Positions 29,849 through 43,177 of a DNA stretch of 64,000 nt are shown one piece after another (the first letter of the stretch is position 1; each line of letters begins with the position of its first letter). The notes beneath the pieces are model-generated. The model did not search any database, was not told the DNA's origin, and was given only the letters and a program-made list of their open reading frames with translations. Made by a program: the position numbers and the translations under genes. Source of the stretch: Octopus vulgaris (Eukaryota); contig OX597828.1 of NCBI GenBank assembly GCA_951406725.2, positions 73,718,001-73,782,000 of the forward strand. Direction: 5' to 3'.

Positions 29849-31510
29849 CCTTTCCCTTGTTAATTTCTCTGTGTCAGTATGTTCGGATGGTTGAGTCTGG
29901 GTTTGTACTTTTCAATGAAGAATGTTTCCTTGTTCAGTCTCATTTGTGTTTATGATCCGAAAGCACATTGGTAAAATGGGAAGATTAAAAATTGTGGCAG
30001 TAGTTGCTTTGCGCATTTCTCAATGTGCTCACTAAAAGGTATCATTCACTAAAAGGTATCATTCTATATTCTGGGAATGCAATCTGTTGCATGAACCCAC
30101 GTAGTCTTGGTGGCAGCCCGAGCATTTAATGACATAAATTATGTTTTCAGAGGCACAAGTAAAGTTAGATTTGATCTTGAATTTCTGTCCCTCTTTAAAG
30201 AAGAATTCTGATCCTTCCTATAGGTTAGGACATGTTGCACAGTTCGATCTACCACATTTTTTTACTTTTGCATCCGTAATTTTAGAAGACAATTTTGCCT
30301 TTGTGAGAATCTTTTTAAGTGATTTAGGCTGTTTGTAGCTTTTAATGATTTGGTGTATGTTTAGAATTTCCTTTAATATTGGGTTTTTATGAAGTATTGG
30401 TAAATTCTGGGTGATGATGGTGAAGGCTTCTTTGTTTCTGGGGTTGTATGTAGATATGTAAGGTAGTATTTTCGGGGAAGGTGTGTTGTTGTGTTGAACT
30501 TTTCTTAAAGTTTCTATGTTGATTTCTGTTGCACGTCTGATCCCATCCTCTATGAGTTGAGCTGGGTAATGTCTGTCAATTAGGTTGTTTTTTAGTTCTT
30601 GCAGTCTAAAGTTCCTGGTATTTTGTTCTGACACTATTGTGCATATCCTTCTTGTAAGGTTGAAGGGGATGTTTGTTTTAGTGTGTCTTGGGTGGCATGA
30701 ATTAAAAAGAAGGTATTGTTTGGCGTCTGTGGCTTTGTAAAAAATGTCTGTTTCTATTTTAAGGTTAATTTTTTTAATTAGTATATCCAAGAACGGGAGC
30801 TCCTTTTGGTTGTATTCCATTGTGAACTGTATATTTGGGTTTATGCTGTTCAATAGGTTTTTAAATTTTAGGAGTTTATCTATGTTTTCATTCCAGAGAA
30901 TGAAACAATCGTCTAGGAATCGTTTCCAATTCTCTTTTATGTATTGAGAGAGGGAGTTTCCAAAGATTGATAGAGATTCCTGGTAAATGATTATTTCCAT
31001 GTATCCCATTGTTAAGTTCGCAATGACTGGTGCTGCCCTTGTACCCATAGCAATTCCGGATTTTTGACGGTAAAATGTATTGTCAAACATGAAGTGGTTA
31101 TTGTGTAGGATGAATTCAATTGATTTAGTAATGAATTCCTTACTGATCCTTTTTGGTATTTCTTCCGGAAATTGGTCTAACCAGAACTGTATTGCCTCCA
31201 GTCCATAATTGTGAGGTATACTGGTATACAAGTTGACTACATCAAATGAAACCAGGATTGTTTCTTCCTTGGTTTTTTTTGGAAGGTGGTTTAACATATC
31301 TAAGTCATCTCTGATATGGCTATCGATATGTTTAAGGAAGGGTTTCAGGAGGATGTCCATAAGTAGACTTAGTCTGTGTGTTTCACAGGTTGGGCCAGCT
31401 ACAATGGGTCGTAGTTTTAGGTCCCCCGAATTAGGTGTGTGTATGTATGTCTTTGGTGATTTTTTAATGGTTTCATTTATAATTTGACTTTTATGAATTT
31501 TTGGCAGACC
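29849..31510 (-). pseudogene. PLE reverse transcriptase, Cys-rich linker and disrupted GIY-YIG endonuclease
   Basis: Motifs GLPKIHK, LRPIVAG, LVSFDVVNLYTSIP, GIAMGTRAAP, WKRFLDDCF and linker CGRSNCATC. After an in-frame TAG (30218-30220) it reads EGSEFFFK...NIIYVIKCSGCHQDYVG, then has a ~40-nt deletion and a 17-nt duplication. Confidence 0.93.
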
Positions 31511-31779
31511 AAGACTACGTGGGTTCCACGGGACTATCACTCAGGCGTAGATGCACGCTGCATCGACAACAGATTGCATTCCCAGAATATAGAATGATAC
31601 CTTTTAGTGAGCACATTGAGAAATGCGCAAAGCAACTACTACCACAATTTTTAATCTTCCCATTTTACCAATGTGCTTTCGGATCATCAACACAAATGAG
31701 ACTGAACAAGGAAACATTCTTCATTGAAAAGTACAAACCCAGACTCAACCATCCGAACATACTGACACAGAGAAATTAA
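31508..31779 (+). pseudogene. C-terminal half of the GIY-YIG endonuclease inside the inverted pLTR copy
   Basis: QDYVGSTGLSLRRRCTLHRQQI...SEHIEKC...RLNKETFFIEKYKPRLN; retains the segment deleted from the minus-strand copy. Confidence 0.9.
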
Positions 31780-31962
31780 CAAGGGAAAGGGAAAAACCAT
31801 CCGAACATACTGACACAGAGAAATGAACAAGGGAAAAGGAAAAAAAATTTTAAGCGATTATCTCCCTTACACCGGAAGAAATCACTCACTACCTCCCCTT
31901 ATTTAGAAATCTCCTGAAAATAAATACAACGATAACTCCATGCAATATAAACATAACGTCAC

Positions 31963-32002
31963 AAGAAATTTGAAAAGCTACACGCGAAACCGGTAATTTC
32001 TT
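31963..32002 (+). ncRNA. Minimal type I hammerhead ribozyme, U3-A8 core variant, in the PLE pLTR
   Basis: aagaaat-TTGAAAA-gc(tacac)gc-GAAA-ccgg-TA-atttctt: 7-bp stem I and palindromic ACCGGT at helix III. Confidence 0.85.
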
Positions 32003-32171
32003 TAAAAATTTTAAAATTATGTCATTTTAAGGAAAGGAAAAAATGTTTCCAATATTCTCCAGACATTTTGACACAAATATATATATTTTTTAACATTTAA
32101 GCCTTCTGTCGTTTTTTCACACTTTACTATTTTCTTATATATATATATATATGTATGTATGTATGTATGCA

Positions 32172-32360
32172 TTTGTGGGTCTCTGTTTGTCTCCCCACCA
32201 TCGCTTAACAAGCGATGTTGGTGTGTTTACGTCCCTGTAAACTAGCGGTTCGGCAACATAAACCGAGCTTACAAAAAATAAGTTTTTGGGAGCGGATTTA
32301 TTCGACTAAAGGCGCAGCTCCAACATGGCCGCAGTCAAGTGGCTGAATCCAGTAAAAGAG
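32172..32360 (+). mobile_element. SINE family B, 3' half
   Basis: Homologous to the 3' part; complements the 5' half at 28587-28752. Confidence 0.8.
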
Positions 32361-32934
32361 TATGCATTTTAACTGCTTGCTTATGTTTTTGTATTCCTAT
32401 ATATGTACGTGCTGTATGTTATGTATATATATGTAGGCATAGACACACCCGCACGGGCACACAGGTATTACATCCGGTCACTTTTAATGCTACTTGCAAC
32501 ATGTATCGCAGTATCCCCTGCTCCATGAACGGATCATCAGTGGCAAAACTAGCGACGTAGGAAGCCGTTGGGATATTTTGCAGGACGAAAATAAAACTTG
32601 CCAAAGGTTAAGTGGCCTCAGTAGATTCAATGACCATTCAACATTTGGGAGTGGAAGACACACTAGTCTTTATTTAGACATCTCTTTAGGGGAAAGAACT
32701 TTCGAAATATCGATCACCACATTGCGAAGTTGTAAATCGCACATTTGGTTGTGTCTTGACTATTTGGCTTTCTAAGTGAGAGCCATAGCGGCATTGTTGT
32801 TAACTAAATCTCAGCATAATCATTGCTTACAGCCGTTGTCATTTACGTCAAGGATCAGATAATGTTTCAGTGATGGCCAAACTAGCTTACAAGTTGACAG
32901 ACACTATTATTTGCTATATCTAAATCTTGCGAGA

Positions 32935-33268
32935 TATGTGAGTGTGCGTATGTGATTGCGTGTATGTGGGTGTGCATGTGTGCGTATGTGATTGTGTGTA
33001 TGTGTGTGTGCATGTGTGCGTGTTTGTTTGCGTGTATGTGAGTGTGCGTATGTGATTGCGTGTATGTGGATGTGCATGTGTGCGTATGTGGTTGCGTGTA
33101 TGTGGGTGTGCATGTGTGAGTGTGTGTTTGCGTGTATGTGTGTGTGCATATGTGCGTGTTTGTTTGCGTGTATGTGTGTGTGCGTGTGTGAGTGTGTGTT
33201 TGCGTGTATGTGTGTGTGCATGTGTGAGTGTGTGTTTGCGTGTATGTCTGTGTGCATGTGTGCATGTA
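32935..33268. repeat. ~36-bp TG-rich minisatellite
   Basis: Repeated gtgtgcatgtgtg...ttgcgtgtatgt. Confidence 0.8.
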
Positions 33269-33311
33269 TAAACTGTAATTAAAGTTTGACTCAGGTCCAT
33301 TAGACTCAAGC

Positions 33312-33414
33312 ATTTGTGGGTTCGTGGGACGACCCCTATCTCCTCAGATATCTTGACAAAATACGTCATCTCGCGATATCTGACGGGATAGGTTCGTTCT
33401 CCGAGCCCACAAAT
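33312..33414 (+). other. Imperfect ~45-bp stem-loop in unique sequence
   Basis: atttgtgggttcg...tcagatatc pairs with gatatctga...cgagcccacaaat. Confidence 0.75.
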
Positions 33415-33599
33415 CCACAAGTGGTATGGAGCTGAGTCACACTGTTATTCAAAATATAGGTAACTCGAACCAAATGTGTTGAGTTTCACACTTTGACTTC
33501 ATATGCGTGAGAGAGAGAGAGAGAGAGAGAGAGATAGTATGTGCATGTGCATGTGTATGTGTGTCTGTGTGTGTCTGTGTGTGTATGTATGTGTGCTGT

Positions 33600-33657
<58 letters not shown>

Positions 33658-34303
33658 CGCATAAATTTTTCGACATTTTAATTTTAAATCTTTGGAATGC
33701 AGCCTCACTGCTGAAGCATCTTTAGACGTTCTGGATGATGTCTGCTACATATTCCATCGCTCTTTTACTTATCGGATCTCTTCGTTGAGAAGCCTAACCT
33801 CAACAGCTTTGGTATTTAGTGGGTCCACACAATGGAAAGGATTATGTTCTATCACGAAATATATGAAACTAGAAGGGACATAACAGCTTTTGTAATATTG
33901 TTATACCTATGATATGACGGTATCTGCTATACTTTCCATTCGCAACCTCAGATAAAATCACCTTCTAAAATACAACTCCATTACTAAATAATTTTTATAT
34001 CATTATAAAACCTACATTAGCTGACATCAGATTTATGATATATATTTTATATTACCTTTGATTTTGCGTGAGTATACAAAGTTAAAATAAACGGTGACTC
34101 AAGAGGCCTGATTCAATTAACAGGTATGACAATATATTGTGTTAGCAAAATGTAATCTAAACCATATGTTATCTATCTACGCTTGCGTGTATATCTATAT
34201 GCGGATGTAAGTATATGTATACACATGTACATGGATATGTGTGTATATTTATGGGTGGTATATACATATATATATAATTATATGCATATATAGCGATAGA
34301 TGA

Positions 34304-34340
<37 letters not shown>

Positions 34341-34353
34341 TATATAGATAGAT

Positions 34354-34516
<163 letters not shown>

Positions 34517-34864
34517 GTGACAGACAAACCGACAGGCAAGCAGAGAGACAGACAGACTGATAGACAAACATGAAAACAGACAGGCAGACAGATAGACAAA
34601 CAGGCAAATAGACAGACAAATAGATACATACATACATTCATACATACATAGGTAGATAGATAGACAGGTAGACAGATTACTAGATTTAATTTAATCCACA
34701 AACTGTTAGTTCTGTATCACAAGATTTCAATATGTAGCCATTGAACCATACATCTGGTTTTCTTAGACTATTTTCTATCCTCTGCTCCCAAATACATTTG
34801 CTGTGTTCGTCCTTCTGACCTTTGATGTTTCTGTATCTATTATTTTCGATCTGCCAAAACATAC

Positions 34865-34977
<113 letters not shown>

Positions 34978-35316
34978 CAAACAGATTAAGCCAAGGCAGA
35001 AAATCCTAAAATAATTTTATCATGAAATACATTTTGTAAAGGTTAGTATACGTTTCAGTCCTTTCGACGTTTTTAACTAAGAGTATAACAAGAACAACAA
35101 TTAAATTGAAGAAAAAATAAAATGTTTTGTAAATATTTCAATAGTCTTCTAAAGGTAGGACATTTACCTTTTTTTTTTTCAGCCTCTCTCTCTCGCTTTT
35201 CCTTTGTGAAGGCTATGCATCTCATTATGTTCAACCGTTTTTTCTTACGCATTTTTCTCTCTCCGTGTTTTTTTCTTTGTTTTCTTCGTTCTCCCTCCAT
35301 TTTTGTCTTCTCAAAA

Positions 35317-35352
35317 TTTTCTGTCGAAGAACGTAGTCTCGTAACGTCAAAG
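35317..35352 (+). ncRNA. Degenerate minimal hammerhead, same family as 15602
   Basis: tttt-CTGTCGA-agaacgtagtctc-GTAA-cg-TC-aaag; the downstream tail resembles that of the 15.5 kb insert. Confidence 0.45.
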
Positions 35353-35454
35353 GCTTTTCCATTTTTTCCCAGTGTTAAAATAATACACCTGTTTATTATT
35401 CCCTCACCTGTTTTTGTCTTTAGTTTTCTGTAAATTTGAAATATTAAATATAAA

Positions 35455-35501
<47 letters not shown>

Positions 35502-35565
35502 ATAAATCTTTAAAATGTTTTAGCCCGAAGGCCGCGGCCATGCTGGATATATATATTAAATATAT

Positions 35566-35605
<40 letters not shown>

Positions 35606-35610
<5 letters not shown>

Positions 35611-36505
35611 ATATTTCGGAATGGTCATATTGCCAGTTTAGCCAATAAAAACACACGCACTATATATTTGGTGTTATTTTGCTTCAGTGATATTTATTTT
35701 TTACATTAATCTTAATCTTATTTCGGCCAAAGTTCTTTCGTCACACTCCTGTGACCGCATCAGTGGTCCTTTGTTTTCTTCTCACTTACTTGTGTCTCTC
35801 CTTACTAACCGTCAGCCATTTTGTATTTCTATTGTATGTCTTCATTTGCGCATGCTTATATCTCTATGTGCGTCTATGTTTATTTAGTGTGTGGGGGGGA
35901 TGCCTGTAATATTTGTATCTTCTGGTTATATACATTCTTGTAATTTGTATTTTGTTTTTGTTGTTGTTGCTTTTGTTCTAATTTTGTTCATGTGTTTACA
36001 TCCACCCATTATTATCATTACATATGCTTGTATGTATGTATAACAACAATATTAGTAATAATAATAATAAATCTAATCGAAAAAAAAAATATATATATAT
36101 ACATATACATATATATATATACATACATATACATATACATATACATACATATATACACACATACATACACATATAGATATTCATTTCTATTTCTTTAATT
36201 ACCTGTGTATTTATTATGTTTGCAGGATCCACTATTGTCATATGTTGTGGTGTGCGCTATTGCTCCATTCTAGTTTTCTATTCAGGCTAGGTTTATTTTC
36301 TATTATATGTGTAGCTTCTGTAATTTGTCTAATTGTTGCATCTGTTCTATGTGTGGACAATATCTTAATCTCTATGTTATTGATTGATCCCCCGTGTTCT
36401 TGTTCGGCGTGTTGGTACAGAATCGATGAGCTTTTACCTTCCTTGAGTTGTCTCCAATGTTCATTCACCCGCTCACCAATGCTTCTTGCAGTTTCCCTAC
36501 GTATG
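35606..36505 (-). mobile_element. 5'-truncated PLE: GIY-YIG C-terminal half plus 3' UTR with hammerhead-like motif
   Basis: YV(G)ETARSIGERVNEHW...SILYQHAEQEH...RQITEATHIIENKPSLNRKLEW at 36238-36503 (one frameshift). Linkage of this remnant to the UTR is inferred. Confidence 0.75.
35725..35769 (-). ncRNA. Hammerhead-like motif (CUGAUGC variant) in a PLE 3' UTR
   Basis: ggacca-CTGATGC-g-gtcac(aggagt)gtgac-GAAA-gaac-TT-tggcc, downstream of a GIY-YIG remnant. Confidence 0.55.
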
Positions 36506-36767
36506 TTACTGTCTTGTTACTGCATCGTCCCTCTATACATCTTATACTATAGACCACATTTCTGGCTTCACATAAAAAATCTTGCACAACAAATATTTAA
36601 ACGTATATATATATATATATATGTATGTATATATTAAATATATATATATATCAAATATTACTAGTTCCTTTAGACGAAATTTTTGCACTGTGTTCCTGCA
36701 ACCAAGAATTCTAATTAGCCGTTAATGTCTTTTATAATCTTTTATCTTTTACTTGTTTCACTCATTA

Positions 36768-36831
<64 letters not shown>

Positions 36832-37255
36832 ATCTCTCTCTCTCTTTCTTTCTCTCTCCCTCTCGCTCTCTCCATTACCAGAAGATCGGAGATTAAATTT
36901 TCACGCTGTCTATGAACTGCCAGTCTCAGTGAATATTATATTTAACTAATAGCGGCCAATCTCCTCTGGGAAATATAGCAATCAGCAAGGACCAACTGCT
37001 CCACGTGACCTAAAACAGCCAATGGTTATCAGATTTCCATAGAAGTTGTGAAAGTTTTGCTGATTTATAATCAGGCATTCGAGTGATCAGGAGAATGCAA
37101 CTGACATTATTTCCAATTTTGGATATCGCAAGTTTGAAAATACCCATCCATCCATCCATCATCCATACATACATACATATATACATACACTCATAGACAG
37201 ATAAGTGCACGCATGCATATATACATATACATATATATATATATATATGTGTATG

Positions 37256-37297
<42 letters not shown>

Positions 37298-37425
37298 CGG
37301 AGAAAAGAATCGTATTGCCACGAAGGAGGAAATATAGAAAAATTTGTTTGAGGGTTTGAAAATAAGGGTGAATCTCGAAACGGGAAGTCATTTTTAAATA
37401 CTGTGATAGGTTTTATTTATTCAAA

Positions 37426-37465
37426 TATCAAACCGGTTTCGACAATTTTTTGCTCATCAACGGTA
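37426..37465 (-). ncRNA. Degenerate hammerhead
   Basis: taccg-TTGATGA-gcaaaaaattgtc-GAAA-ccgg-TT-tgata, next to a TA tract. Confidence 0.45.
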
Positions 37466-37483
37466 AAAATAAGTGGTTCTCTC

Positions 37484-37539
<56 letters not shown>

Positions 37540-37767
37540 GAGTGTGTGTGTAATGTTTATTCAATGCTATTTCATAGCGGTGGTTACCATTAATAGCCGA
37601 CGAGTATGTATCGTAGCTCTTCGCTCCGACAGTTAAAACTCTGAGTACTATAATGACAACCTTTTACTGTTTGTTCTAAATTATAACATATATAAATACT
37701 CCTCTCTTTCTCTAATATCAAGGTCTCATTCTACTTTTGTTACTTTTTATTATACACACACACACAC

Positions 37768-37819
<52 letters not shown>

Positions 37820-37822
<3 letters not shown>

Positions 37823-38000
37823 CCTCATGGGACTAAACACAGAGGGGACAAACAGAGGGATTAAGTCGATTACATCGACTCCAGTGCGTAACTGGTACTT
37901 ATTTAATCGACTCCGAAAGGATGAAAGGCAAAGTCGACCCCGGCAGACGAAGTACCTCTGAGCATCTTGTCGGCGTGCTAACGATTCTGCCAGCTCGCCG
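37820..38000 (-). mobile_element. SINE family A, internally deleted
   Basis: Homologous to the 8174-8406 copy. Confidence 0.85.
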
Positions 38001-38091
38001 TTTTTGTGTACATGCATACATACATACATACATATATATGCGTGTGTGTGTGTGTGTGTGTACACAGACACACACAAACATATATATATAT

Positions 38092-38130
<39 letters not shown>

Positions 38131-39439
38131 AGCCATACGTGTGTGCGTGTGTTGAAATCGCCACGTGTCTTTAAACTTCAACTTTAGTAGATTTGGTGTA
38201 AGACGCTCTGATGGTTTGTTTCTATTAGCGATACATCGTGTCTGATATAATTTTCTGGCCTTCAACTTTTATCTCCTCTGAGATATTCCATCTCACTTGT
38301 ATACAATTTTTACCAGAAAATTATCAATGTGACGTTAACATGTGTGTTTGCCTGTTAGATATAAAGTCTTAGCGTTGACAGTTTCAATGCATATTTCGAT
38401 TGGGTTTTCTGATGTCGTGTCGCTAGAAATTCAATTTCGTCTGGGAGGCATTATTAAGTTATGTTAGATTTCTATTTTTAATTAGTAAGAACATTTCTGT
38501 TTCAACTGCTTGTAGCAATAAGTTGTTGGATGGATATCTACAGGATTCAAATACATATTTGCGATTATCATTTTCATTTTGTTTATCAAAGAAAGCATGC
38601 CTGCAACTTGAAATTTCTAATTAAATTTTTCGTCTCTTTTAATAATATCTCCAAAAATGATTCTGGCTGAGAGCATAGATAGTTTTTACAGACTTACATG
38701 TGAAGGACGTTAAGTGTTCTTACGCGTGAGTAGGATTACAGCAGCAGGCTTGAACATCTTGATACAGTAGCATAGGACAAGAATTATACATATAGAAATT
38801 TTAACTACTGAAATACGAAAATATAAATTTAAATACATTTCAAATGTGAAACAGAAGCGGCTCAATGCGCATGAACAATGTGGAACACACATACACAAGC
38901 TGTGTGTGTTGTTAGTCTGCGGGTCAGCTGCAGTTTTTAGGCGTAAGGGAATATATCCTCAACGCCCCTGGGTGTCACTTGCTTTCAGGTGTTTCTTACA
39001 CAATGCGCATAGAGAGTATATTTTCTTGCGCCCAAAGCCGCAGCCGATCCACACACTAACGACACACCTTGTGTTTGTGCGTTCGATTTTGTTTAAATAC
39101 AATTATTTACATATAAATTCATGCAGTAAATTTTCTACACGTGTCTGGCTTTGACTGGTGGCCATATTATTGCTTCTAAATAAATTGAATGCTAGAAACA
39201 TTCTAATACTCGGAAACGGAAAAATAGGTAAGAAAATATTATATGGTATAAACATCTACATAGATTTAATGTTCATTCGAATGTACAGGGGTTTCTGTAA
39301 GTCTTATAAATTTCTTATTTGACAATCGGTATCTTCCTGGACGAAAAATACTCCTCCAGTACTGTTCTGACATCTTGCGAACTCATGGAAAGCGAACCTC
39401 CACCAACTATTCTGCCTTTATGTCTGTGCACACCTTTTA

Positions 39440-39664
39440 ATACCAATGTATGACAGAAGGTGTGCAAATCCAACGGAGGCGTTAAAAGACATCTTATAAT
39501 CCACAAAAATCAAATCTTATCTGCAGCTTCAAATCGGATATGCAATCTATGTGGATGGCTTTTCAAAACATTGTCTAGTTCAAAAAGCTACATAAGATGC
39601 CGTGATGGTTTAAAGGTGCAGGTAAAGGAGGTGGTCAAACTCTGTATAAGGAGTAGACAAACAC

Positions 39665-39666
<2 letters not shown>
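39440..39666 (+). mobile_element. Degenerate double C2H2-like remnant, possibly the 3' end of an RTE-type LINE
   Basis: NV*QKVCKSNGGVKRHLIIH...CNLCGWLFKTLSSSKSYIR, ending directly in a CA/TA microsatellite. Confidence 0.4.
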
Positions 39667-39726
<60 letters not shown>

Positions 39727-39820
39727 ATCCCAAAATGAACAAAGAGAAAACACAACAACGCGAGGACGTGGAATAAATACAGTGTTATTGGACGCTCAGG
39801 AAAGGAAAGAAAGAAGGAGG

Positions 39821-39855
39821 ATTCGACGTTTCGAGCGGAGCTCTTCGTCAGAAAT
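39821..39855 (-). ncRNA. Minimal hammerhead in insert 39722-39918
   Basis: attt-CTGACGA-a-gagc(tcc)gctc-GAAA-cg-TC-gaat, with palindromic ACGT; insert flanked by (TA)n. Confidence 0.75.
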
Positions 39856-39915
39856 ATAGAAAATGTCCAAAGAAGGGAAGACGGAGAAAGAAAATCGCCA
39901 ACGATACACACGCGG

Positions 39916-39966
<51 letters not shown>

Positions 39967-40631
39967 TAATATTCTTTGCTTTGTATTTTTCTTTTTTTTT
40001 CTCTTCTCACTGCGTTGGAATTCAAAATATTCAGTATCTTTATATACACGCCTTTCAATGCAGCTCTATTTATGTAATATATACATCCACAGATAGTTTC
40101 ACACACATCCACATAGACACAAAGACTTGACCTCTACACAACTACATGTTTATATAAGTTTTAAAAGAATTATTTGCTTTTCTGTTCTCGATTTATATTG
40201 AAGTGTAGTGTTTTAAGATATAAAACTATTTCCTTCTTAAGTGGTAACAAATATATCTTTATAAATCTCTCTTTATGCATTAAGTTATTATTTCTGTATA
40301 TTTTTCAATTAGCTTCTGGTTGATATTTTTCGTGTTTAATATCAAACGTCGGTCTAAGGAATAATTTTACATCGGCAGTTTTGTTTCTTTGTCTTTTTCT
40401 TTTTCTTTTTTGTTATCACTGCGTTGGAATTCAAAATGTTCAATATCTTTATAGAATGTGAAGTAGGTTTTAAGTTTTTACTTTTTAACTGAACGCATCA
40501 CTATCAGAGAAATACATGAATCTCAATGTGTCGACTCGGCCAGCTACAAGTAATAAGCAGAGGCCGGCTCGCGGCCATAAAACAATTGGGCTCTACACAC
40601 GCACACAAACGGACAGACAGACAGACAGACT

Positions 40632-40866
<235 letters not shown>

Positions 40867-40878
40867 TATTGGCCACAC

Positions 40879-41040
40879 AGGGCATCCCTGACGGTCCGAA
40901 CGTGCTATGTCGAAAGGTGTCGATAGATGTCCATTCACGCGAATTACCGAACGGATGCCTCTGTACAAGGCAGCTATCCAACCGCGGAAGACGGAACCGA
41001 AACCAGCTGCTATGAGAACAGCCTCCAAGTATCGGTGATC
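40879..41040 (-). mobile_element. L1/Tx1-like LINE RT internal fragment
   Basis: DHRYLEAVLIAAGFGSVFRGWIAALY...VRVNG-like...STPFDIARSDRQGCP (RT motif RQGCP). Confidence 0.75.
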
Positions 41041-41334
41041 TAAGTATTTTTGTCAGGGAACTGGATACTATTATGTAACACTTTGGGGAAAACTTTTACC
41101 ATAAACTCGAGAAAAAAGCTTCATCGCTGGTTGGTAAATCTTAATTGTCTTCTTCAAGCAATATTGTGGCGTTTATGATTCAACTCGGTGACCATTGACG
41201 TAAGAAATATTATCAATGGAAATATTCTACTTTGGAACTGAAAAATTCTTTTCCAAGTACCACATCATACATTTATACATACATAAATGCATACATACAT
41301 ACATACATATATATATATATATACATATACACAC

Positions 41335-41412
<78 letters not shown>

Positions 41413-41489
41413 ATATAATTTCCATCAACAGGCAATCAAACTGTATTGATATGTATACACTCATACACATACACACACACACATACATA

Positions 41490-41543
<54 letters not shown>

Positions 41544-41554
41544 CATACATATAT

Positions 41555-41585
<31 letters not shown>

Positions 41586-43146
41586 GTTTCCATCAGCAGA
41601 CTATCAAACCGTATTGATTAGACACTTTTGTGTCTTCAGAAATTCGTATTTGATGAAAGAGTGAAACTATTTCTTCAATATTGCCATTACAAACAAGTTA
41701 AGTAAAAAAAAAAAGGAAAAAGGGGAAAAAAAAACAAGTTTATTTCTGCCGTTTCTCTCCATTACTGATAACTGCTCTTAAATATTTTCTGATGAACCAA
41801 AATCTGATATCTCCTGAAAAACACTTAAATGGGTTTATATCAATACATCTTATATCGATACAATTACTTCCTTCCATTATGCATTTCTACAACCTTCATG
41901 AATGCTTTGTCAATGAAACATGGTCTTCTCGCCCACTGAACATGATAATGAATGAGAATTCTTGTGCATGTGGCAGATACGCGTTCTACTTTTAAGATGT
42001 TTATAGAAATCGTAAACTTTTTAACGATTTCTTACAAATCGCTCGCATAAACACACACATTCATACACAACCTTACTATAAGTCTGATATTTATCTTCTT
42101 GTTCCTGGTATATCTGAAGTGCATGCTAAGAGTACGAATTCCTGATATTATAAATAACTTGCTGTACAATTTCTGGAAACATATTGAAAGCAATGAATGG
42201 GAAGAGATTACCACAAATCCAGGAATAACATACAAAGTTTACCAAATACACGCAACACCACATAAGCAAACGGCGTGTAATAAAGTGCACTTTTCAACGA
42301 GGCGTAGAGTACAAATCATTTGTGTTCGGACCAACATCAGACACAATATCAAGCTGTGCAAAAGCAGCGCATATTCCAACAAAAGAATAGAGTATGTTTT
42401 CTAGTTAAATCAATTGTGCATCTGTTACGATAACGCATTGTTCAATCTTATCTGCAGAACCTGACACTGAATCACAAAGATAATTAACAAGCATATCGCT
42501 TTATTTTACGAGTTCTTCTACCACTTCAGATCATGTATTTCTGAGCAGAAATCACCGCCGCCACGTATCCATGTTCTCCCAAAGTTACATGACGGTTTCC
42601 ACCACCACCACTACTACGGATGTGTTTCTAAAGAATTACAGCTGTAATTCTGAAAGATAATGCGATTCAATGAAATATTTCAGAACGTTATTTTCTAAAA
42701 TTCGAACTTTCGAGGGATGGAAGCAAGTCATGTAAGAGATTGTTGGAATATACATACATTAAAATATATATATATATATTAATATATATATATACATACA
42801 TTAATATATATACAGATGTATATACACACATATATAAGTATATACATGTATACATATATATGTGTGTGTGTGTGTGTGTGTGAATATGAATATAGAATGA
42901 AGTGATGCGTATTTAACCATACATGTGTTTATATGTATATATACATACACCCACACATATATAAACACGCATACACCTATGTCTAAAGATGTTTCATATG
43001 CATATTCGAGCGTTTATGTGCACGTGTGTGTAATTTAAAAATGGACTCCTGGCAGAAACGCGCTGATGTTATATTAAGCTCAAAAGCGCCAATTACTTTT
43101 TCTGCGTTTCTCCCTCTCTCTCTCTCTCTCTCTTTCTGCCGCTCTA

Positions 43147-43177
<31 letters not shown>

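Larger units (their letters stand above)
29461..32142 (-). mobile_element. Penelope-like retroelement (Neptune-like), 5'-truncated with inverted pseudo-LTR, inserted in (TA)n
   Basis: Minus-strand RT followed by a GIY-YIG remnant and 3' UTR running to 29461. 31508-32142 is an inverted copy of about 29497-30110. TA tracts flank both ends. Confidence 0.95.

Noticed and set aside
30218-30220. In-frame stop between RT and endonuclease as possible programmed readthrough or selenocysteine
   Set aside because: It is TAG, not TGA, and the paralogue at about 45820 has a sense codon there (NLIEG), so it is a simple nonsense mutation.
39975-40452. ~60-nt direct repeat (tcactgcgttggaattcaaaat) about 410 nt apart
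   Set aside because: Only two diverged copies with no LTR hallmarks; probably an old local duplication.
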